Part shown: piece after piece, positions 1 to 9,520 of the stretch
Numbering within the stretch: the first letter of the stretch is position 1
Layout of the letters: each line of letters opens with the position of its first letter
Assembly: GCF_028641065.1 (NCBI RefSeq)
Contig: NC_073406.1
Location: 3,844,001 to 3,908,000 of the forward strand
From: Leucoraja erinacea
Taxonomy: Eukaryota
Reading direction: 5' to 3'
DNA: 64,000 bases
Notes under the pieces: model-generated
The model's input: only the letters and a program-made list of their open reading frames with translations
The model's database searches: none
What the model was told of the DNA's origin: nothing
Translations under genes and position numbers: made by a program

Positions 1-1845
1 ATGTGGTCACAGCGAGTATGTACAAACTCCGTAGACAGACAGACATGATCGAACCTGGGTCTCTGGTGTAAGGCAGCAACTCCACCACTGCACCACTGTG
101 CCGCCGGCTAAGTTCAACATAAAAATGACGTGTAGAAACTGAGGTCCTTTTATGTGTAAACTAACCTATGAGCAACAAATGCAAGTGGGCAGTTGACGTT
201 TGGTAACAAATGATATCAAGATTCCTGAAAAATGGCCCCGATAGCACACCGTGACGTGTTTAAGTTTAACTTGGTGTCTTACTCAACTGCTCCCAATCGC
301 TTTGAGGTTAAGTTGCAACCCGGATGAATCTTCTTATCCTTGACACATGATGCAGCACTTTAGGGGAAACTTGCTTTATATTTTCGGACACATCATGGAG
401 CTTTTCCGCATTCTGAATATTCCTGCTGCTCGCATTAGGAACCAAATGACTAAGTCCCAGTGAAACATAAAAATGGCCAGAACACATTACAGATCCCCAG
501 ATCCCCCCCCCCTCTCCCCCTCCCCCGAGGAACGTCCAATTCATGTGCTGCCCATACATGTGAACAAGCATTGGGGAGACTGACAGGATGGATGCGCTGG
601 CTGCTATACAGGCATCTTCTACCGCAAGGGAATTCTGTTCAAGGCCACATTTCCAAATGTTTATGATCCAAACGGTTCTCAGGAACTGAACCCTGGTGTA
701 ACCTGGGGAGGAGGGCATGCACTAATATTGATGAATGAGTCTTTATGCGGATCAGACAGCTCATGAGAAAAAATACTCGAGGCTGAAAAAAGTTGACTTT
801 ATCTACATCTCACCCTCTGTATCTTTATCTGTACAGACCCAGGATCCTCGTGATTTAATACCTCCTCGGAGGTAACGTGGAACGGTAGAGTCAATCATCT
901 TCAGATACTTCCTTCCATCCTAAGGTGAACTGATAGTTTCACAATGTTGCTTCAATAGACAATAGACGCGGGAGTAGGCCATTCGGTCCTTTGAGCCAGC
1001 ACCGCCATTCAATGTGATCACGGCTGATCATCCCCAATCAGTACCCCGTTCCTGCCTTCTCCCCATGTCCCCTGACTCCGCTATTTTGAAGAGCCCTATC
1101 TAGCTCTCTCATGAAAGCATCCAGAGAACCTGCTTCCACCGCCCTCTGAGGCAGAGAATTCCACAGACTCGCCACTCTCTGTGAGAAAAAGTGTTTCCTC
1201 GTCTCTGTTCTAAGTGGCTTACTCCTTATTTTTAAACTCCTTCGCCCTCAACACCTCAGCAAGACAAGGACAATGTTCATACATGGGCTTCTACGCAGCG
1301 GCGGTGGAAAGCATCTTGTCCGGGAACATTACCATCTGGTTTGGGAATTGCTTTGCCAAGGACAAGAAGGCTCTGCAGAGAGTAGTGCGTTCGGCCGATT
1401 AATAAGCTCAGTCAAAGAAACACAAAGTGCTGGCGTAACGGCTCGGTGGCACAACAGTGGGCTGCCTCGTGTAAGTTGCCTTACAGTGCCAGAGACCTGG
1501 ATTTGGTCCTGACTACGGGTGCTTGCCTCTACGTTCTCCCCGTGACCTGCATGGGTTCTCTCTGACATCTTCCGTTTCCTCCCACACGTACAGGTTTGTA
1601 GATTAATCGGCTTGGGATGAATGTAAAATTGTCCCTAGTGTGCGTAGGATAGTATTAGTGTGCGGGGATCGTTGGTCGATGCAGACTCAGTGGGCTGAAG
1701 GGCCTGTTTCCACGCTGTATCTCTAAACTAAACTCAGCAAGTCAGGCAGCATCTCTAGAGGACATGGATAGGAGACGTTTTGGATCGGGACCCTTCTTCA
1801 GCTTGTAGAAGGTGAAAAGTGAAGAATCCAAATGATAAAGCAAAA

Positions 1846-2701
1846 GAATTTGAGTATAGGAGCAGGGAGGTTCTACTACAGTTGTACAGGGTCTTGGTGA
1901 GACCACACCTGGAGTATTGCGTACAGTTTTGGTCTCCAAATCTAAGGAAGGACATTATTGCCATAGAGGGAGTGCAGAGAAGGTTCACCAGACTGATTCC
2001 TGGGATGTCAGGACTGTCTTATGAAGTAAGACTGGATAGACTTGGTTTATACTCTCTAGAATTTAGGAGATTGAGAGGGGATCTTATAGAAACTTACAAA
2101 ATTCTTAAGGGGTTGGACAGGCTAGATGCAGGAAGATTGCTCCCGATGTTGGGGAAGTCCAGGACAAGGGGTCATAGCTTAAGGATTAGGGGGAAATCCT
2201 TTAAAACCGAGATGAGAAGAACCTTTTTCACACAGAGAGTGGTGAATCTCTGGAACTCTCTGCCACAGAGGGTAGTCGAGGCCACAGTTCATTGGCTATA
2301 TTTAAGAGGGAGTTAGATGTGGCCCTTGTGGCTCAGGGGATCAGAGGGTATGGAGAGAAGGCAGGTATGGGATACTGAGTTGGATGATCAGCCAAAAACT
2401 CAGCGGGTGCAGCAGCATCTATGGAGTGTAGGAAATAGGCAACGTTTCGTCCCGAAACCCTTCGGGTTTCGACCCGAAACGTTGCCTATTTCCTTTGGGT
2501 TTCGGCCCTATTTGAGGCCAGTTCATTGGCTATATTTAAGAGGGAGTTAGATGTGGCCCTTGTGGCTAAGGGGATCAGAGGGTATGGAGAGAAGGCAGGT
2601 ACGGGATACTGAGTTGGATGATTAGCCATGATCATATTGAATGGCGGTGCAGGCTCGAAGGGCCAAATGGCCTACTCCTGCACCTAATTTCTATGTTTCT
2701 A
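1846..2701 (+). mobile_element. CR1-clade LINE 3' fragments with a Penelope-terminus insert
   Basis: [19 protein letters not shown]...RTRGHSLRI...[14 protein letters not shown] (CR1 ORF2 C-terminus), TTCTATGT tail. Confidence 0.9.
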
Positions 2702-3769
2702 TAAATCCGTTCGCTTTAATGATATTTGAAAAGAAAATTTGACAGAGGCCACCTGATTGATCTCAGGCATTTCCAGGCCCAGCCTGGGATCATGGTCTTT
2801 TTCCAAAGGCTAGTCCGCACTTTAACTACCACTACTGGCATTTTAGCGTTCAGAGGCAAGAAACAGGAACAGTTCAAGTTTCCAGCCTTCGTTAAGTTCA
2901 ACCTTCAGCAAATACAAACCAGTATTTTGTTGGCAATCATTTTTATTTATTTGGTTAAAAAAAGGAAAAGAAAAAAGAGATCAGAGGTTGCAATAAGCAG
3001 CCGTTGAAGATTACAGCAACATCCCTCGTGGTGTTTAACCAAAAGAAAAAAATCAGAATATCTTCATCAAACAACTATAGCCAACTGCGAATACTGAATG
3101 TGCCTCATTTTCACAAGACCATTGCCCAGCGAAGGTGGTGTTGCTGACTCATTTGACAAAGGCTATAAAAGAGTAAAATAATTCTAAAAAACTCTGTACT
3201 AAGAGGGTGAAGTACATAAACTTTAATGGAGGAAACATGATAGGAATTTTCTATTTCTCCCTTTAATCAAATCAAACACCCAAACCTATAAATCCAATGT
3301 AGACATTTCCTGACCTTGCACGGATTTTAAAGTCTAACATGATTCCACCATGAATACTCTGCACACAAGTAAATCATCTTCCCAAGGATTTCAACGCAAA
3401 ACTTCCCTCCTTTATCTTGCTGTTCCATCTTTGAAGACATTCAGTTAAAAAAAAAACTGTAGGCATTTGCAATTCTAAGTAGCGTTAGGTACAATATTTA
3501 AATATTAGGCGCTGTTTGGGTTATGGATACCCGTGGATATGCTGGAGTGGGTTAAATGAACCCAGGATGGCACAGAAAATGCTGCTATAACCTAAAACAG
3601 GTTTGTTGGAGATGATGAGAATCAGCTGTTAAAACTGGTTATTCCAATACTAAAAAAAGTGACTCTGATTAAACTTCCTTTGCTTCAATTAAAGATGCAC
3701 CCATTTGACGACCCATGTGTCTGAACAGTTCCAGCTCGTTACTGCGCAACCGTTGCACATTGAATTCCT

Positions 3770-5736
3770 TCATGTCGGAACCACGATTCCTTTTGCCAGA
3801 AGCACCAGAAGTGCCAGATCTGTGTTTCCATGACAGCGGTCAAGAGCTTCCACTGCTTCCTGCCGAGTAAACCCCGATGTTCTTATTCGTTCAATGTTCG
3901 CTGCTGGGAAACTCAGGTTTGGTAAATCTGAAGGATGCCGTTCTACTGGACTGTCCAGAGAACGCCCGTCAGGCTGGATCGCGCTGGCCTCCACAGTCCC
4001 TTCACACATCATTGAATCAGCTGCAATCTCTGGACCGCAACCTTCATTGTGTGACCTCAAATGCATCTCAGTACCTTGAGAGATGGGACTACTTTTCCCC
4101 ACAGCAGTGTCAGATGCATGCGCTAGGCTCTGTAATGATAGTTCTCGGGTCTCCATCAGTTCGTCAGTGGGGGAAACATCCATTTCATTAGTTAGATTTT
4201 TTGACACAAAAATACAGCCTCCATCCACGTCATTTGTTTTTGCTATCAGAATTTCCTCAGATTCATCATGTGACCCACAGATGGGCAGTTCTGTTGTAAA
4301 CTGATTAGAATACTCTAAATTGTCTCTTACTGAAGACGTCTCAGAATCAGCAGTTAACATGGGTTTGTTTTCCGTTTGGGCTGCCGGCACTGCGTTAATA
4401 CATACCTCACTCAAGGCATCGATCTCCGAACATTCTTTAGAGACTTGCATTAGTTGAACACTCTCCTCCTGATTTGTCGTGACTGACTGATTATTGTCCT
4501 CTAATTTGGCTGACAACTTCAAGGGAGTGTCCCGACGGGAGACCAACTCACGATGCAATTCAAATAAAGTGGCCACTGGAGATTGGTGGGAATCCAGCCG
4601 ATCACATGCCCAAGTCGCACCCTGCTGCTCGCGAGACGTTTCAATCTCAGTAAACAAACGCGCCTCCTCTTGCTTTTTCTCAGCAACAAGAAGAGCTTCA
4701 GACTTCTCTCCCATGTCTCCATTTGTAAACTCAACAGGTCCATCCACCTGAGGTGTGCAGGAGTTTGGACTAAAACTATTTTCCTTAAATTCCTTTTCTG
4801 AAACAAGGACCTTTTCCCCGTGCCTGTTGGCGTGTGACTTTGTTGACGTCGCATATCCAAGATCTTCTCCGTGTTTTTCTGCAACGCTCACTATTCCAGG
4901 ATCACAGGTTTCAGCGTTCCCAATTAAAGGATCATTTGATAATTTTTTACCGACCTCAGTTTCCTTTGTACTACTTGGATCATCTTCATCTATCCTGAGA
5001 TCTATCTCAGTGGGTTCATTGACAGCCTCTGAGCCATGGATTTCCTCTCCAATTACACGGTGTGGCTGCACTTCAATGTACTGGGGACCATCAGTAGAGG
5101 ATTCTTGGGCTGATGTGTCTTCTCCAACTGCATCAAACACAGAAGCATTATTTGATGGTGCAGTTTGAGAAAACCCGCCAACGTTTCTTAATAGTGGCTC
5201 CTCCAGATCCATTCTTTCTTGGTTTAGGTTTTGCAGTTGAGTTTGAGGTCTTAAATTTTGAAGAGTATGCTCTTCCTGCATATCGTACTTGTGTGAACAC
5301 GGGTCAGTTAATATACGCTTTGGCAGAAATTCATTGCCAGTATCCGAACTTGGATGTTTCAGAGTGTGCTGTGGGCTGCTGTGGACATTTTCATATTGCG
5401 GCGTGTGCTTTCCTCCTAGTGAGGACTGAGAATTAGCAGACAGACCATCCGGAGACGGAGAAGTCAACAGATTATCTGAGGACCCTGAAGGTTTCAGGTA
5501 TTCCGCCTCCGTTTCCATGCACTCTGGGTCCTGAAAGCTTTTTACATCTGAAAATTCAAGTTTGTTCTGGCTTTGTGGGGGAAGGTTAGCGGGGGCAGAA
5601 AGAGAATGGTCCAAGTGATATTGGGGTCGGGGGACTTGAGATAGGTCACTTCTCGTATCAGGAAGAGGATGATGAAGATGATGAGGTGCTGGTAATGAAG
5701 GACTCTCCAATGAGGTAGTTTTGCCGTTTTCTGTTC
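3770..5736 (-). CDS. RSC1A1: RSC1A1-like long ORF (acidic low-complexity region plus C-terminal UBA) in the terminal exon of the DDI2 unit
   Basis: Uninterrupted frame from the acceptor (tttctgtttttgtttcag|GA ACA GAA..., exon start 5736) to TGA at 3770. The C-terminus FPAANIERIRTSGFTRQEAVEALDRCHGNTDLALLVLLAKGIVVPT closely resembles the RSC1A1 UBA end. Position 3' of DDI2 as in mammals. Confidence 0.9.
3773..3910 (-). other. UBA domain coding segment
   Basis: FP..I..I...GF....A..AL....GN.D.AL..LL pattern typical of UBA domains, including the Ddi1 UBA. Confidence 0.9.
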
Positions 5737-5781
5737 CTGAAACAAAAACAGAAAGTGGAACTCAGAATTACAGCCATGCTT

Positions 5782-6020
5782 AGATACATTGATACATAGG
5801 TGCAGGAGTCGAGGCCATTCGGCCCTTCGAGCCTGCACCGCCATTCAATATGATCATGGCTGATCATCCAACTCAGTATCCCGTTCCCTGCCTTCTCTCC
5901 ATACCCCCCGATCCCTTTAGCCACAAGGGCCACATCTAACTCCATCTTAAATATAGCCAATGAACTGTGGCCTCAACTACCTTCTGTGGCAGAGAGTTCC
6001 AGAGATTCACCACTCTCTGT
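5782..6020 (-). mobile_element. CR1 3' end just upstream of the terminal-exon acceptor
   Basis: Reverse complement of the CR1 3'UTR seen elsewhere in the window. Confidence 0.85.
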
Positions 6021-7363
6021 GGGGTGAATCTCACCTTATTCCAAATCACTATATAACCAAATTTCTCAATGTTATTTCTTGCTCAGCTGATGTTTCCCTT
6101 CATTATACATTTGGTGCTGGTTTGATAATATCAATGCCCAATTTTATGGATCACATTTTAATTCCCTTGGGTAAATCTCAGTGTAATCCTTTCAATGAAG
6201 AACAGCAGTTCAGTTCTAATCACTGGTAGACAAAAGTGCTGGAGAAACTCAGCAGGTGCAGCAGCAGCTATGTGGAGCGAAGGAAATAGGCAACGTTTCG
6301 GGCCGAAACCCTTCCGGGTTTCGGCCCGAAACGTTGCCTATTTCCAACGTGCCTATTTCCTTTGCTCCATAGATGCTGCTGCACCCGCTGAGTTTCTCCA
6401 GCACTTTTGTCTACCTTTGATTTTCCAGCATCTGCAGTTCCTTCTAATCACTCATAACACATAACTGGATTTCCTCCTGGTGCTCCAGCTTCCTCTCACA
6501 TCCCAATGGCACGCGGATTTAAATGGCCTCTGTAAATTGCCCCGAGATGAGAGAGCGGGATAACATAACTAATGTGAAAGAGTGATCAATGGTTCTCGTG
6601 GGCTTGGTGGGCCAAAGGGCCTGTATCTTTCAATCAGTCTGCACCCTAGCGGCATAAACATTGAATTCTCCAATTTCCGGTAGCCCTTACTGTCTCCTCC
6701 CCTTCTCAGCTCTCCCTCAGCCCTCGGGCTCCTCCTCTTCCTTTTTCCTTTCTTCTCCCCCCCCACCCTACATCAGTCTGAAGAAGGGTTTTGGTCCGAA
6801 ACGTTGCCTATTTCCATCGCTCCATAGATGCTGCTGCACCCGCTGAGTTTCTCCAGCACTTTTGTCTACCTCAAAAATAACAACATGGACTCCCTTCCCC
6901 ATCGATCAGGAGAAAGTAACAAGTTCAAAAGCATTTTACAAAGTGAAATTATGGCCACATATAGCTGGCAAGCACCTCCACCCTGAACAGTGGAAGGACC
7001 TCCTTCTATGCTACGATTCTCGGACAACTGTAGAGTTAGCTGGGATGCTTGTAGGAAAACCAAATTAATTTGTTGATAAGGAATAGCCCTATTCAATTAG
7101 AAAGAGTAAAATATTGAAATGTTTATGCAGATATATTACCAGGCAGCTGTATTTCATGCCTCCCTAATGCTCTCGGCCACAGCTGATGCTGGAAATATTG
7201 GTGGAGAATAAACTACAATCCCACAGCCACTGGGAAGAGCAATGTGGAATCTCACCATCACCAGCCAAATACTTTCCATCGTAAATTAAAAAGTCCTTAT
7301 ATTAATGTAAATGATAGGTAATTCTACAATTCTGGATGACAAAACCCCATTTATGAGAAAGGG

Positions 7364-7647
7364 TGGCACGGTGGCGCAGCAGTAAAGTTGCCTCCTTACA
7401 ACGCCAGAGACCTGGGTTCAATCCTGACTACAGATGCTGACTATATCGCAATTGTATGTTCTCCCTGTGACCTGCGTGGGTTTCCCCCGGGTGCTCCGGT
7501 TTCCACCCATACCTCAAAGACGTACAGGTCCGTAGGCTAATTGTAAATTGTCGCCAGTGTGTGTAGGATTGTGTTAGTGTGCGGGGATCGCTGGCCAGCG
7601 CGGACTTGGTGGGCCGAAGGGCCTGTTTCCACCCTGTATCTCTAAAG
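7364..7647 (+). mobile_element. HE1-like tRNA-derived SINE (representative copy; others near 1-106, 1440-1735, 10685-10935, 15730-15975, 21845-22075, 36020-36210, 48060-48225, 50885-51195, 54890-55175, 58700-58930)
   Basis: Pol III A-box (GGTGGCGCAGCAGT) and B-box-like (GGTTCAATCC), central gttctccctgtgacctgcgtgggttt...tgtaaattg domain, LINE-derived tail; family name from recollection of elasmobranch SINEs. Confidence 0.8.
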
Positions 7648-8385
7648 AGAAACAAAGCTGGCAGTTCTTTAATTTGTATGATATTTACATTACATGAGCA
7701 GCTACCCGCAGTAGTTCATCTTTCACTGAAAATAATAAAAGGGAAGTGTCACTGTGAAAGTAACCCCCCCCCCCCCTCCTCCTTTTAGCACAAAATGTTT
7801 TTTTAATGTTTTAACTAGTCAACGGAAAGGCAATACATGATTACAATCGAGCCATCCACAGTGTACAGATACATGATAAAGGGGATAATATTTAGTGTAT
7901 GATAGAGCCAGTAAAGTCCAATCTAAGGCAGTTTGAGGGTCACTATTGAGGTATCTGGGACCCATGACAATAAACTCTCTTGGATCTAGATGGTAGTTCA
8001 GGGCAGCTGTCTAGTTGCGGAAAGATGGTGCAGTTACTGTTATCAGGCAACTGAACCATCCTACCCGATGTGAATATTTAAATGTTTAAGAAGGAACTGC
8101 AGATGCTGGAGAATCGAAGGTTACACAAAAAAGCTGGAGAAACTCAGCGGGTGCAGCAGCATCTATGGAGCGAAGGAAATAGGCAACGTTTCGGCCCGAA
8201 AACCCAAAGGAAATAGGTAACGTTTCGGGCCGAAACCCGGAAGGGTTTCGGCCCGAAACGTTGCCTATTTCCTTCGCTCCATAGATGATGCTGCTGCACC
8301 CGCTGAGTTTCTCCAGCTTTTTTGTGAATATTTAAATGTTCTACTGCGCTCTTACATTAGTCAAAAGTGACAGAATATTAAGTAC

Positions 8386-8446
8386 CTGGACTGTAATCAT
8401 CTTCAAGGGCAGCAAAAGTGCAACATGCATCAGTGACGTTGGTGTC
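8386..8446 (-). CDS. DDI2: DDI2 exon 9: 61-nt exon encoding GHQRH-stop (TGA 8432-8430) plus 44 nt of UTR
   Basis: cctaacag|GA CAC CAA CGT CAC TGA ... CCAG|gtactt; positional equivalent of the short mammalian ERQKP* exon. Confidence 0.8.
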
Positions 8447-9429
8447 CTGTTAGGATACAGAAAAGCAAAACCACACCACAACAGCAAACTCCATTAGTCA
8501 AATGAGGCATGCAACATGCATATAGAGTTACAAATCACCGCAGATATCAAACAGATTAATATTCCGCGCAAACACATCTTGACATTAATACACAATATAA
8601 TATTAGCCATTGGTAGTCTCAGATTGAGGAGTTGGCAAGGTGGCTGGACTGATCAAAAAAATTGTACAAGAAACCGTCTCACTTTTCCCCTAGTAGATAA
8701 TGTGAATGTAAGTGGATTTAACTGTAGAATGGCTTAATGTTCTACCCGAGTCTATGCATGGAGCCGAATAGCACAGAAGTGGGAAGAAGTCCAAGGTGAT
8801 TTAATTAACAAGAATTCCGCTCTTGATCACTGTCTGGTATCCCCAGCCCTGTCATGCATATAGATTTCAAGTGAGAGCAGGGTAGGGCTCTGTTCTAATC
8901 CCAAATGTGGTTGGTCTCAGACATACACCTGCCATTTCTCGGACATCAGGTGTTGTCTGTGTGGAGTTTGCATGTTCTCACGTGGGCTTTCTGTCAGGTC
9001 CAAAGACGTGTTGTGGGTTTTGTAGGTTTGTGTAAATTGTCCCTATTGTGTAGGGAACCCGATACGAAGGTGAGATAACATAGAACTGGTGTAAATGTGA
9101 GATTGATGGTCAACAAGGACTCAGTGGGCTAAGGGCCCGTTTCCTTGCTGTATCTCTGAAACAATCTGGAAGTTGCCAGCTGCCATAGGATTGTGTCCAA
9201 GCAGTGTATACGAAGGTGGAGAAACACAAAGATTACACAGAAGATAGACACAAAATGCTGGAATAACTTAGAGGGACATGGAATATCTCGGGAGAGAAGG
9301 AATGGGAGACTTTTTCCATTCACCCATTCCTTCTCTCCAGAGATGCAGCCCGTCCCGCTAAGTTACTCCAGCATTTTGTGTCCATCATCGGTGTAAACGA
9401 GCATCTGCAGTTCTTTCCTACACAAACAT

Positions 9430-9520
<91 letters not shown>

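Noticed and set aside
2278-2628. ~115-bp direct repeat around a Penelope insert, as a giant TSD
   Set aside because: The two copies differ at positions that also vary between other CR1 copies (GCCACAGTTC vs GCCAGTTC), so two separate CR1 ends are more likely.
3927-3929. In-frame cryptic acceptor (catccttcag|AT) just upstream of the UBA that would give a compact yeast-like Ddi1
   Set aside because: Weak pyrimidine tract; such phase-1 AG sites arise often by chance in an ORF. Needs junction reads.
4576-4590. QSP tripeptide resembling mammalian RS1 regulatory motifs
   Set aside because: A single tripeptide in ~650 low-complexity residues is expected by chance.
3877-5436. Series of plus-strand ORFs over the RSC1A1-like exon
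   Set aside because: Antisense shadows of a long coding exon; no recognisable domains.
7364-7430. tRNA-like A/B boxes as a tRNA gene
   Set aside because: Head of a multi-copy SINE; no complete cloverleaf.
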